Below the pieces are notes generated by a model that had not been told where the DNA came from, did not search any database, and saw only the letters and a list, made by a program, of their open reading frames with translations. A stretch of 64,000 bases of DNA from Malacoraja senta (lineage: Eukaryota): the NCBI GenBank assembly GCA_038087875.1, contig CM075981.1:806001-870000 (forward strand), written 5' to 3'. Numbering within the stretch: the stretch's first letter is position 1; each line of letters starts with the position of its first letter. Below, in pieces: positions 1-12,304 of the stretch. The position numbers were made by a program, and so were the translations under genes.

Positions 1-1474
1 CGCCGGTGAGCTGGCTGGGTGGGGCCTCACCTCGCATGGAGACGGCCATGGGAGGCGAGGGGAAAAGGGTGTGTTGGTGGGTCGAGGTGTGGGCGGAGTG
101 CGAGTGGGCTGCTGGAGGCCCTGCAGCAGTCGGTGGATCGGGTGCCGTTGGAGGCTCCACAGAGGTCGGGGACGAGCGTGCGGATCGGACACGTCCTGCA
201 GCGGCACGGAGCGGTGGTGGAGGCACCAACATCATCGCCAGGTCAGGCCGAACCCTGCAACTCCCACCCAGTGCCGTCCCCACGACAGGGGGCCTTCAAG
301 CATACGAGGAATTTCATTGGCCTGGTCAGTCATACAAATAGAAAGCAACAGATCACTCAAAAACACATTTTAACATGCGATTCGATGCCAAATTCCACCT
401 GGCAATAGTGCTGTGAAGAACCTTGAGACTTTTCCATCACCTTTAAGGCACTGTTGAAATGCAAGTTGTTGTTGCATTATTGCAAAGAATTGCTCAATAA
501 ACCTTTAGTCAGAGGGTGATGAATCTGCGGAATTCTTTGCCACAGTGGCTGTCGGTGATTATTTTTAAGGCAGAGATAGATTCTCATTTAGTACAGGTGT
601 CAGAGGTTATGGGGAGAAGGTAGGAGAATGGTGTTAGTAGGGAGAGATGGATCAGCAATGATTGAATGGCGGAGTAGACTTGATGGGCCGAATGGACTCA
701 TTCTACTCCTATCACTTATGACCTAATGACAAAAATTCAGCATCTTTTATTACATTGGATTACTTTAATTATTATTCAATGTGCAGGGTTTTACACAGCA
801 ATTCAATTGGTAATAAAGTTAAAAGTTCACATTCTGGAGAGCCAGCTTTGAGTTCTAGTCTACCTACTGCTGTTTTTTGGGTGAATGTCAGGATGTACAG
901 AAGTGTCTGCAAACATTGGTGCCTTTTTGAGGTAGCGACTACGATAAATAGTAAGTTTGGAGCTGAGTTGCAGAGGTCACCCCTCACCCTGCCACTATGT
1001 CCTACAGTGGTATAGGACAGGCAGCACACCCTCCCCACTGACGATCTAGGAACCTCTGTGTGGAGAAAGATGATCAGATCAATCCAGGTCAGGTTCATAA
1101 GTTATAAGAGCAGAATTAGGACATTCGGCCCTTCAAGTCCACTCCGCCATTCAATCAATCATGGCTGACCTATCTTTCCCTCTCTACACCATTCTCCTGC
1201 CTGCTCCCCATAACCCCTGACACCCATACTAATCAAGAATCTATCAAGCTCTGCCTTAAAAAATATCCATTGACTTGGCCTCCACATCCTTCGATTGCAA
1301 TGATTTCCACTTGATTCACCACCCTCTGACTAAAGAAATTCCTTCTCATCTCCTTTCTAAAACAATATTGAATGTATATTTCTCCTCCGAGAATGTCGGA
1401 TGGAGTTTTGTAAGGATCATGTTTTTTATATATTTATTTTTCAAATAAAGTATATTTTGAAATTTAAAAAAAAA

Positions 1475-1785
1475 TTGAGTCAGAGAGTTGTTTGTTCAAC
1501 TCCCACTCCTGAAGCTCGAGGACTGAGGGAGTGCAGTACTGAAGGAGTTTGCCACTGCTGGAGGTGAAGTCACTTTGCCGAGGCATTTAGCTGATCTGCT
1601 GTCTGCTCTGTCTCAAGTCACTGAAAAAGGTCACCTGGAGATAGTTCTTGCCAGAATAGTGGAGAGACTCCTTGTTCTGGGGGAAGAGTTATCTGTAAAA
1701 ACCAAGATCAACAAGGCAAGCTGTAGGTAGTTATCTCCCTTCTCTACAGGGAGCTTGCTGTGTGCAATTTGGCTGCAAACAACAT
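1475..1785 (+). mobile_element. Degenerate Deu-domain-like SINE (SacSINE1-like)
   Basis: gagggagtgcagtactga...gaggcatttagc...gggagcttgctgtgtgcaatttggctgc resembles the DeuSINE core as recalled. Related pieces at 1900-2030 and 2625-2945. Confidence 0.5.
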
Positions 1786-2962
1786 GACGACAATCGTTGA
1801 TGGAAGTCTCTACTGAAACTATCGAGTGTTGATCAATTTATCATTAGCACCTCACCCAGTACAGTGAGGCCCGTGGCTAAATATAATTCTATAATGGTTC
1901 ACAGCAGGATAGTGGAGGATCTCCTTGTTCTGGGGCAAGAGGTATCCCATCAACCAAGGACACCAAAGTCATCTGTAGGATAGTTGTTGTTTATTAAAGG
2001 GAGCTTGTTGTGTCCATATTAGATGCACACAAGACTGCAAGGGCGGAAATGTAGAAACAAGGAACTGCAGATACTAGTTTATACCAAAGATAGACACAAA
2101 ATGCTGGAGCATCTCAGCGGGTAAAGCAGCTTCTCTGGACAAAAAGAATGGGTAACATTTTGGGATGGGACCCTTCAGAGTGGTCCTGACCTCCCAAGTA
2201 CCCCATTTGAGACTTTGGAACTATCTTTAATCGGATTTTACTAGACTGTATCTTGCACTGAACATTATTCCCTTTATCCTGTACCTGTACCCTGTGGACG
2301 ACTTGATTGTAATCGTGTATAGTGTTTTCACTGACTGGATAGCGTACAGCAGAAAATCTTTTCACTCCACCTCGGTACACGTGACTATAATAGGTTAAAC
2401 TAAAGCAGTTGCCACAGATTCCTTGAATGCAAAAATGAAGTCATTGTGGTGCTTCCACATTTCAGAATGGGTTGGGTTTCACATGTTTTTTCTATGTGTG
2501 ACCTGTGGTCTAGGTTCAACATTTCCAACGCTGTTTCTAGCAGGAGTCCTGTGTGACTTTACCACGCTAACCGAGCCACACCAAGGACCAGTGTTGGGTT
2601 CTGCAGTGCAAGCTAAGTGGGTGAAAACTATTGAGTGAGTCAGAGAGATGTTGGTTCAGTTCTACAGAACGTCGAGCACGGAGGGAGAGTTGTACTGAGG
2701 GAGCTCCCAATGGAAACATAGAAGCATAGAAAATAGGCGCCGGAGTAGGCCATTCGGCCCTTCGAACCAGCACCGCCATTCAATATGATCATGGCTGCTC
2801 ATCCTAAATCAGTACCCAGTTTCCGCTTTCTCCCCATATCCCTTGATTGCGTTAGACCTAAGAGCGTTATCGAAAGTTGCTGGGGGTACTGTCACTCTGA
2901 AGAGGCATTTAGCTGGCCTGCTGCTTTGCTGTCTGCTCTCGCAAGCCTGCTCTCTCTCTTCA

Positions 2963-3292
2963 GAGCGGCACGGTGCTGCAGCCGTTAGCTGCTGCCTCAC
3001 AGCGCCAGAGACCCGGGTTCGATCCTGACTGCGGGTGCTGTCTGTGTGGAGTTTGAACGTTCTCCCTGTGACCTCGTGGGTTTCCTCCAGGGGCTCCGGC
3101 TTCCTCCCACATCCCCAATCCATGCGAGTTTGTAGGTTAAATACCTCTGCAAGATTGTCGCAAATGTGTAGGGAATGGATGAGAAAGTGGGATAACAGAT
3201 TAGTGTGTACAGGTGATCAATGGTCGGCGTGGACTCGGTGGATCAATGGTCCTGTTTCCATGCGGTATTTCTAAACCAAACTAATCAACCAA
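2963..3292 (+). mobile_element. HE1-type V-SINE
   Basis: tRNA-like head with B box ggttcgatcc, V-domain gttctccctgtgacc..gtgggtttcctcc..ggcttcctcccac, (CTAAA)n-like tail. Confidence 0.8.
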
Positions 3293-3294
3293 AC

Positions 3295-3775
3295 AAGATT
3301 GATCCCTGGGATGGCAGGACTGTCATATGAGGAAAGATTGAAAAGACTAGGCTTGTATTCACTGGAGTTTAGGAGGATGAGGGGGGATCTTAAAGAAACA
3401 TATAAAATTATAAAAGGACTGGAAAAGCTAGATGCAGGAAATTTTTTCCCAATGTTGTCTAATCCAGAACCAGGGGCCACAGTCTTGGAATAAAGGGGAG
3501 GCCGAGGTGAGACTGAGGTGAGAAAAAAAATTTTCACTCAGAGAGTTGTGAATTTGTGGAATTCCCTGCCACAGAGGGCAGTGGAGGCTAAATCACTGGA
3601 TGGATTTAAGAGAGAGTTAGATAGAGCTCTAGGGGCTGGTGGAATCAAGGGATATGGGGAGAAGGCAGGCACGGGTTATTGATTGGGGATGGGGATGATC
3701 AGCCATGATCACAATGGTGCTGGCTCGAAGGGCTGAATGGCCTCCTCCTGCACCTATTTTCTATGTTTCTATGTT
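3295..3775 (+). mobile_element. CR1 (HER1-like) LINE 3' fragment
   Basis: ORF2 C-terminal motif LGLYSLEFRRMRGDL, conserved 3' UTR, (TATGTTTC)n tail. Confidence 0.88.
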
Positions 3776-4074
3776 AATCTTTCTCATACCCCACATGTTA
3801 TCCTGGCCTGTTCCTCCATCAAAACTGGCACCGATCTGCAATAAATAGCTACATTAACCATATTACCAGATACAGCACCCCAAGTATTGTATAAGCTTTG
3901 TATAATAACTTGCTTTTAGGAAAGAATTATACCAAACAGCAGAACTGGTTTTGTTTAAAAGGCTGTTTATTAACAAACTTATTTTATTGGTTAACCTAAG
4001 CTGCTCTTGTCATTAGAGGTGAGAATAGTAATTAGTGATCAATTGATATAATAACCAGATGGGTCTTTCAAAAG

Positions 4075-4577
4075 CATTGTGTTATAGGAAAGATGTTGTC
4101 TTACTGGAAAGGGTACAGAGAAGATTTGCGAGGATGTTGCCAGGATTACATGGTCTGAGCTACAGGGAGAGGTTGAGTAGGCTGGGATTCTATTCCTTGG
4201 AGCGCAGGAGGATGAGGGGTGATCTTATAGAGATGTATAAAATTGTGAGAGGGATAGATCGGGTAGATGCACAGAGTCACTTGCCCAGAGTAGGGGAATC
4301 GAGGACCAGAGGACATAGGTGTAATGTGAAGGGGAAAAGATTCAATAGGAATCTGAGGGGTAACTTTTTCACACCAAGGGTGGTGGGTGCATGGAACAAA
4401 CTGCCAGAGGAGGTAGTTGAGGTAGGGACTATCCCGACGTTTTTGAAACAGGTAAATAGGATACTTGGATAGGACAGGTTTCAAGGGATATGGGCCTGGT
4501 GGGACTATGTTGGCTGGTGTGGGCAAGTTGGGCTGAAGGGCCTGTTTCCACACTGTATCACTCTATGACTCTATGTG
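4075..4577 (+). mobile_element. CR1 LINE 3' fragment (second subfamily)
   Basis: LERVQRRFARMLPGL..LGFYSLERRRMRGDL; (ACTCTATG)n tail. Confidence 0.88.
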
Positions 4578-5278
4578 TATGGCAATTATTTTGGAAAATA
4601 ACTTCATGAAAGCATTTGAAGGCATTTCTACTGTAAAACCAAAGTTATCGGTCTGTGTCTGAGGGTGAATCGAGAAGTTAAACCTCACTCTGGTTTAGCG
4701 CAGAGTTACCCATTCTACTCAAGTAGTGTCTCAGTACACTAATGTGAGGCATTTATCTGTTTACAACACTGACAGTAAGATGGCAAGTAGCACAGCGGTA
4801 GAGTTGCTGCCTCACAGCGCCAGAGACCCAGGTTCAATCCTGACCACGGTTGTCGTCTGTATGAAGTTTGTACGATCTTTCTGTGACCACACAGGTTTTC
4901 TCCCGGTGCTCCGGCTTCCTCCCACATTCCAAAGATGTGCAGGAAGGAACTGCAGATGCTGGTTTACCCCGAATATAGACGCAAAATGACAGTGTAACTC
5001 AGCGGGACAGGCAGCTTGTTTGTAGGTTGATTGGCTTCTGTGAGTTGTCCTTGGCGTGTAGGATGGTGCTAGTGCAGACTCGGTGGACCGAAGGTCCTGT
5101 CTCTGCTCTGTATCCCTAGTCTAAAACTAAAACTAAATACCATATGAACTCTGATTCAATGTCAGGCTGCAGAAATGAAGCTAATAGCTGAGTTGAAAGA
5201 ACCCATTAAAGTTAACGTACAAGTTTGAAGTGTTGAAAGCAGATGCACTATGATTATCATCCAATTGTTGAGAACGGA

Positions 5279-5416
5279 TCAATTCTGGCAAGAGAAATTC
5301 TTCCTCTCTTCGTGGTCAGGTGTCTGATGAATATCGCGGAAGGTTTCTTGTGTCTGAGTGCTGGATTTATCCGTGGTCGTGTCACTTAATTTATCTTCTT
5401 CATCATCTCTGGAAGA
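5279..5416 (-). CDS. Receptor A candidate terminal cytoplasmic exon ((SSR)DDEEDKLSDTTTDKSSTQTQETFRDIHQTPDHEERKNFSCQN*)
   Basis: Non-repetitive open frame with acidic, S/T-rich composition. Two possible acceptors (start 5416 phase 0, or 5408 phase 2); stop TGA at 5281-5279. Confidence 0.55.
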   Translation of the reverse strand, partial: SSRDDEEDKLSDTTTDKSSTQTQETFRDIHQTPDHEERKNFSCQN

Positions 5417-5551
5417 CTTTCAAAAGAAGGTCAATATTTTATTGTTAAACAGTCGATCTTTAAGCCGAAGCAAATTTAAATCTTTTATTGTTTATAGATT
5501 CCACCACAGAATGCTGAATATGGCTCTCTTTTAATTCTTGTCATGATCATG

Positions 5552-5970
5552 GGCTGGTACACTCTGGAGTTTAGAAGGATGAGAGGGGATCTCATTGAAA
5601 CATATAAGATTGTTAAGGGTTTGGACACGCCAGAGGCAGGAAACATGTTCCCGATGTTGGGGGAGTCCAGAACCAGGGGCCACAGTTCAAGAATAAGGAG
5701 TAAGCCATTTAGAACGGAGACGAGGAAACACGTTTTCTCACAGAGAGTGGCGAGTCTGTGGAATTCTCTGCCTCAGTGGGCGGTGGAGGCCGGTTCTCTG
5801 GATGCTTTCAAGAGAGAGCTAGATAGGGCTCTTAAAAATAGCGGAGTCAGGGGATATGGGGAGAAGGCAGGAACGGGGTACTGATTGGGGATGATTAGCC
5901 ATGATCACATTGAATGGCGGTGCTGGCTTGAAGGGCCGAATGTCCTACTCCTGCACCTATTGTCTATTGA
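5552..5970 (+). mobile_element. CR1 LINE 3' fragment
   Basis: YTLEFRRMRGDLIETYKIVKGL; CR1 3' UTR. Confidence 0.88.
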
Positions 5971-7242
5971 TTTAATTGGAACAATAAATGAAATGGATTA
6001 GCTGTACATTTTGCACAAAGGACTATATTGTACTTTATGTTATTTTTTTATGATTGGCATGGTTCACTTAGAATTTGCCATTGAGCCATCTTTATATAGT
6101 CATAGAGTGATACAGTGTGGAAACAGGCCCTTCGGCCCAATTTGTCCACAGCAGCCAACATGTCCCAGGTACACTAGTCCTACCTGCCTGCGCTTGGTCC
6201 ATATCCCTCCAAACCTGTCTAACTGTTTTTTAAATGTTGGGATAGTCCCAGCCTCAATTACTCAGCTTGTTCCATACACTCACCACCCTTTGTGTGAAAA
6301 AGTTCAAGAGTCAAGAGTGTTTTATTGTCATATGTCCTAGATAGGACAATGAAATTCTTACTTGCTGCAGCACACAGAATATGTAAACATAGTACATAAT
6401 GGGAGAAAAAAAATTCAGTGTGTATATATATATATACACATACACACATACTCAATAAATAATAATAATAGTCTACCTCAATAGTTACCCCTCAGATTCC
6501 CATCACCTCAAAACCTATGTCCTCTGGGCCACAAATTCACTTACTCTGGGCAAGAGACTCTGTACATATATTTAGATTAAAACAGGACTATATTGTACTT
6601 CTGTTTTAATGTAAATATATGAAGAGGTCCCGGTGATACGTTCTAACTGAACCATGCTCATCATAAAATAACATAACAAGTAGAAGCAAAGGAGATGATC
6701 TGCCTCTTTACGCCAGATCTGCCACGTGTTCTCTGGAATGCCGAAGGTTGAGGGGAGACCTATATAAAATTATGAGCGGCATTGAGAGGGGAGACAGTCA
6801 GAAACCTTTTCCCAGGCTGGAGAGCATAGCTTTAAGGTGTTTGGGGCAACGTTTAAAGGACGTTTAAATTCCATTTGGAATATTTTGGCGGACCAAGAAA
6901 CCAAGAGGAAACCAACCAAGAAACATGTAAGGCCCAAGTTTACTTTTTTTTACACACAGAGGATGGTGGGTGCCTGGTATGCACAGCTGTGTGTAATGGC
7001 GGTAGAGGCAGATTATGAAAGTGGCATTTAAGAGACACCTGGACAAGCACATGGATATGCAGGGATACTGATTATGTGCGGGCAGATAGGGGTTAGTCTC
7101 GCTTTCACGGTCAGTACAGGGGCGGCACGGTGGCGCAGCGGTAGATTTGCTGCCTTACAGCGCCTGTGACACGGGTTCGATCCTGGCTAAGGGTGCTGTC
7201 TGTATGGAGTTTGTACATTCTCCCTGTGACCTGTTCTGTGAT

Positions 7243-7800
7243 AGAAACATAGAAAATAGGTACAGGAGGAGGCCATTCGGCCCTTCGAGCCAGCACCGCA
7301 ATTCATTGTGATCATGGCTGATCATCCCCTATCAATAACCCCATATCCCTTGACTCCACTAGCCCCTAGAGCTCTATCTAACTCTCTCTTAAATCCATCC
7401 AGTGATTTGGCCTCCACTGCCCTCTGTGGCAGGGAATTCCATAAATTCACAACTCTCTGGGTGAAAACGTTTGTTCTCACCTCAGTCTTAAATGACCTCC
7501 CCTTTATTCTAAGACTGTGGCCCCTGGTTCTGGACTCGCCCAACATTGGGAACATTTTTCCTGCATGTAGCTTGTCCAGTCCTTTTATAATTTTATATGT
7601 TTCTATAAGATGCCCCCTCATCCTTCTAAACTCCAGTGAATACAAGCCTAGTCTTTTCAATCTTTCCTCATATGACAGTCCGGCCATCCCAAGGATCAAT
7701 CTCGTGAACCTACGCTGCACTGCCTCAATCACAAGGATGTCCTTCCTCAAATTAGGAGACCAAAACTGTACACAATACTCCAGATGTGGTCTCACCAGAA
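7243..7800 (-). mobile_element. CR1 LINE 3' fragment inserted in an HE1 SINE
   Basis: LVRPHLEYCVQFWSP..QRRFTRLI; truncates the SINE beginning near 7122. Confidence 0.88.
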
Positions 7801-9289
7801 CCAGGGGGGTCTGTATTTTTAATCTTATACACCAATCCATCTCATCCCCATAACCCTTAGGCACTCACATGCGCCCAGATTGTACCTGGCGTTTAGTGGA
7901 TTATGTGGAAGGGTATTGTATAGAACACACCGCATAAATAAATATCCAAGAGATAGCATAGAGACACATTCTATTAATGATCAGACATCAGATGTGAATT
8001 CCTTACCACAGAATTGCAGACTGCATTAAATTCTTCCTCTTTGTGACTGATTCCTTTCTCCCCTAAGGATGATAAAGAAATAGATTGCAGTAATATGACT
8101 AAAAATTAATACTGTAAATCCGTTGCAGTGCATATTTTAAGGAATAGTGGTCTGCAGTGTGTTTTGACATTTGCAATAGACAACTTGACTGAAAGGTAAT
8201 TTTTTACTTCAAAGCAACAGTGACGCAGCGGTAGATTTGCTGCTTTACAGTGCCAGAGACACGGGTTCGATCCTCATTACGGGTGCTGTCTGTACGGAGT
8301 TAGCACGTTCTCCCCGTGACCTGCGTGGATTTTCTCCGGGTGCTCTGGTTTCCTGCCACACTCCAAAGATGTGCAGGTTTGTACGTTAATTGGTTTCTGG
8401 AAATTGTCCCTGGTGTGTAGGGTAGAACTTTAAGAGGGAGTTAGATGTGGCCCTTGTGGCTAAGGGGATCAGGGGGTATAGAGAGAAGGCTGGTACGGGA
8501 TACTGAGTTGGATGATCAGCCATGATCATATTGAATGGCGGTGCAGGCTCGAAGGGCCGAATGGCCTACTCCTGCACCTATTTTCTATGTATCTATGTAT
8601 CTATGTATCTATGTAGTGTAGGGGGTGATCGCTGGTCGGTGAGGACTCGGTGGGCCGAAAGGCCCTTGTCTACGCTGTTTCTCTAAACAAAACTACATTA
8701 AACTAAACTAAACTAAACCAAACTCCAAAGATGTGCAGGTTTGTAGGTTAATTGACTCTGTAAATTGTCCCTTTTGTGTAGGATGGAACTAGTGTAAGCT
8801 GGTTGGACTCAGTGGGCTAAAGAGCCTGTTTCTATGCTGTATCTCCAAACTAAACTAAACAGCAACAAAAAATATCTCAGAGGATGCCCTTTTAAAACAC
8901 TTCCAAGCACACAGAATAATGTGTCACTGTAGGATTGCTATTTTTAAAATGTCAGCCTGACTTTACTTCACCTGAAAACACCAAAATGGCACCTCTTGCT
9001 CTTGGTACTGATTTAATAATTCAGTAAATAAATAATTGAACCATACTGTGGAGATGGAGGATGGACTTGAATGAATGTCATGCACACAGGACCTATTTTA
9101 TCACTCCTATGATTGGAACATTATGTTACTGTCCTTGTGCATACTTGTGTCTTGTATGTACAGCATTGTATATTGTTCTCTGTCTATTGCTCGATTTGCA
9201 TCTGTAGTGTCAGGGCATATTCTTATTCATTGTTCGTCTCGAGTGCAGCCTCTCCATAGATTCCTGCAGGTGTCAGCTGGCATTCAGCT

Positions 9290-9455
9290 GGTGACACTGT
9301 GAGCCAGAGGTTGGGGGTTCAAATCCCACTGTCATGTGAGCTGAGCACAAAGATCGTGTCTAACCATTCAGCGTGGAACTCAAGCAGTGAATTATTGTTG
9401 GAGATGCTGTCAGATGAGACAAATGACTTAGGCTTTCCCTGCTCTCTCTGAAGGG
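9290..9455 (+). mobile_element. Deu-like SINE 5' fragment
   Basis: gagccagaggttgggggttcaaatcccact (B-box) ...ctgagcacaaa...ggagatgctgtcagatgagac. Confidence 0.45.
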
Positions 9456-9704
9456 TCTGTTAAGCTGCTGCAAGCAAGAATTTCATTGTTCTGTTTTCAA
9501 TAAATATGATAATTTAATACTCTTAACTCTTGGCCTGAGGATATATGAGGTCCTTTGCCAAGGTGAATTGATTATTATTTGCCCCACATGATCCATGTCC
9601 TCATTTTATTGAAAACACAAATAATCTGAGTATTAACACATCAGTTTGCATGTTTTCCCCATGACCGTGTGGTTCTCTGCGTGCTCCTGTTTCCTCCCTA
9701 AACT

Positions 9705-10343
9705 TTAGAAGGATGAGAGGATATCTTATTGAAACATGGAAGATTATTAAGGGATTGGACACGCTGGAGGCAGGAAACATGTTCCCGATGTTGGAGGAGG
9801 CCAGAACCAGGGGCCACATTTTAAATATAAGGGGTACGCCATTTAGAACGGCGATGAAGAAAAACGTTTTCACCCAGAGAGTTGTGAATCTGTGGAATTC
9901 TCCGCCTCAGAAGGCAGTGGAGGCCAATTCTCTGGAGGCTTTCAAGAGAGAGTTAAGTGCCTGTCCCACTTGGTGATATTTTTCGCCGACTGCCGGCGTC
10001 ATATCAGGGTCGCCAAATGATTTTGAACATTTCAAAATCCAGCGGCGACAAAAAAAATGTTGCGACACTTGAAAAAACACCGCGCGTCAATACGTCGTCA
10101 CGCCGCGTCACCACCGTGTCATACGTCATCACGCCGGGTATTTTTCGGTGACCTGATACGTCAGTCAATAATGCCGGCAGTCGGAGAGAAAATCGCCAAG
10201 TGGGACATGCCCTTTAGATAGAGCTCTTAAAGATAGCAGAGACAAGGGATATGGGGAGAAGGCAGGAACGGGGTACTGATTGTGGATGATCAGCCATGAT
10301 CACAGTGAATGGCGGTGCTGGCTCAAAGGGCCAAATGGCCTAC
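9705..10343 (+). mobile_element. CR1 3' fragment interrupted by a MITE
   Basis: CR1 sequence continues (gagagag|TTA..TTA|gatagagctc) across the 9956-10213 insertion. Confidence 0.85.
9956..10213. mobile_element. MITE, PIF/Harbinger-like
   Basis: TIRs agtgcctgtcccactt / aagtgggacatgccct, 3-bp TSD TTA. Internal sequence shared with 38521-38754. Confidence 0.8.
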
Positions 10344-10837
10344 TCCTGCACCTATTGTCTATCCCAAAAAACATGCGGTGTTTGTAGTCGAGTTTAGTTT
10401 CTTGAGTTAGGTTTATTGTCACGTGTACCGAGGTACAATGAAAAGCTTTTAAGATAATTGGCCTTTGTAAAATTGCCCCTGGTGTGTAGGGAATGGCCGT
10501 GAATGTGGGATAACATAGAACTAATGTGAGTGGTTGATCAATAGTCGGTATGGATTTGGTGGGCCGAAGGGCCTGTTGCCATGTCGTATCTCTAAACTAA
10601 AGATCCCATTTGTTGTCATTTTTTCCACATTTTAAACAACTCCTATTTCCTTCGCTCCATAGATGCTGCTGCACCCGCTGAGTTTCTCCAGCATTTTTGT
10701 GTACCTCCAAAGTAATGTTTGATAGTGTGTTCTTTTTCTGTTTCTTTTCCCCTTCATTTGAGCATCTATTTTTAGAAATGGAATTAGGATTTTGTTAATA
10801 CGTAATATATAATTTTGATAATTCAGGTATACCTCAC

Positions 10838-10910
10838 AAGCACATGGATGGATGAAGCTTCATTTTGTATCTTTTTTGATGTAAATGCTCCTGGAGTATT
10901 TTTGTGGTCC
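10838..10910 (-). CDS. Receptor A candidate first cytoplasmic exon
   Basis: Acceptor tttgatttgaag, donor GTGAGG, 73 bp, non-repetitive sequence. Reading frame ambiguous (see findings). Confidence 0.45.
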
Positions 10911-10977
10911 CTTCAAATCAAATTTGCAACTGTACACAGGGGTGTGAATTTGCTTGGAGTTGCTGACCATCAAAGGG

Positions 10978-11660
10978 ATCTCGTTCAAGTGAGTTTATTG
11001 TCATGTGTCCCTGATAGGACAATGAAATTCTTGCTTTGCTTCAGCACAACAGAACATAGTAGGCATTGACTACAAAACAGATCAGTGTGTCCATATACCA
11101 TTATATAAATATATACACACATGAATAAATAAACTGATAATGGGCTATTAATGTTCAGAGTTTTGTCCGAGCCAAGTTTAATAGCCTGATGGCTGTGGGG
11201 AAGTAGCTATTCCTGAACCTGGTCGTTGCAGTCTTCAGGCTCCTGTACCTTCTACCTGAAGGTAGCAGGGAGATGAGTGTGTGGCCAGGATGGTGTGGGT
11301 CCTTGATGATACTGCCAGCCTTTTTGAGGCAGCGACTGCGATAGATCCCCTCGATGGAATGAAGGTCAAAGCCGATGATGGACTGGGCAGTGTTTACGAC
11401 TTTTTGTAGTCTTTTCCTCTCCAGGGCGCTATCGTCTGATCTATCGTCATCAAAAAGGCAGCCAACAACATCAAACACCCACACCATCCTGGCCATCTCA
11501 CCACTGCCATCGGGAAGAAGGTACAGGAGCCTGAGAACTGTAACATCCAGGTTCAGGAACAACTTCTTCCCTACTGCCATCAGGCTATTAAACACTACAA
11601 CCTCATACGCTCTGAACTACAATAGACTATTATTATTATTATTGCACTGTTATTGTTTGT
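10978..11660. mobile_element. Two opposed Rex1/Babar-like LINE 3' fragments (10978-11432 -, 11433-11660 +)
   Basis: C-terminal motif LPSGRRYRSL...RFRNS.FPTAIRLLN on both strands. Related copies at about 28305-28720, 33100-33615 and 63190-63582. Confidence 0.7.
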
Positions 11661-12105
11661 CCTTTTTTTCTGTGTTTTTGTTATATTATTTATTATGAAT
11701 ACATATTCACAAGGAGGGAAGAGACAAAGACTTAAGATTTTTGCCTTCCATCACAGTGAGGAGGTGTCTGGTGAACTCACTGTGGTGGATGTTAAATTTG
11801 TGTTTATTGTGTGTTTTGTTATTTTATTATATGTATGACTGCAAGGCAATGAAATTTCGTTCAGACCGGAAGGTCTGAATGACAATAAAGTTTCCATGAT
11901 CCATGATTCTGTTGTGCTGCAGCAAGTAAGAATGTCATTGTTTTATCTGGGACATATGACAATAAAACACTCTTGACTTGTATGGTTAGAACTGAAGGAG
12001 TGGGAGAGGTTTCTGGAGAATTCCACATTTCCCTCTTCAGCTCATCTATTGGAAGTAGAACTTTTTCTCATGTACAATTGGAATGTTTAAAGTTGCGCCA
12101 CTTAC

Positions 12106-12200
12106 CCGCTGCGGAATATTTCCTGCATTTTGTGATAAACACAGCAGCAACAATCAAAATTCCAAATATGCTTCCCAGAAGAATGGATACATTTACGGAA
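12106..12200 (-). CDS. Receptor A transmembrane exon (SVNVSILLGSIFGILIVAAVFITKCRKYSAA)
   Basis: Acceptor ttttttcccacag, donor G|GTAAGT, 95 bp, phase 2-1. Uncharged hydrophobic helix followed by KCRK stop-transfer. Confidence 0.88.
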
Positions 12201-12304
12201 CTGTGGGAAAAAAATTAATGCAAAATTTAATTATCCCAAGCCAATTTTCATACTTGCTGTTTCTTACGTTTTTCAATTTTCTTCTCCCATTTCTGTTAGA
12301 TCTT

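Noticed and set aside
860-910. Possible short exon (TSVHPDIHPKNS) of a fourth paralog
   Set aside because: No matching leader, V or TM exon found nearby on the same strand.
9090-9270. Possible extra receptor A tail exon (GIYGEAALETNNE*; nearby EQYTML)
   Set aside because: The acceptor is plausible but the Tyr motifs lie in different frames separated by stops, and it abuts a SINE. Cannot be supported without cDNA.
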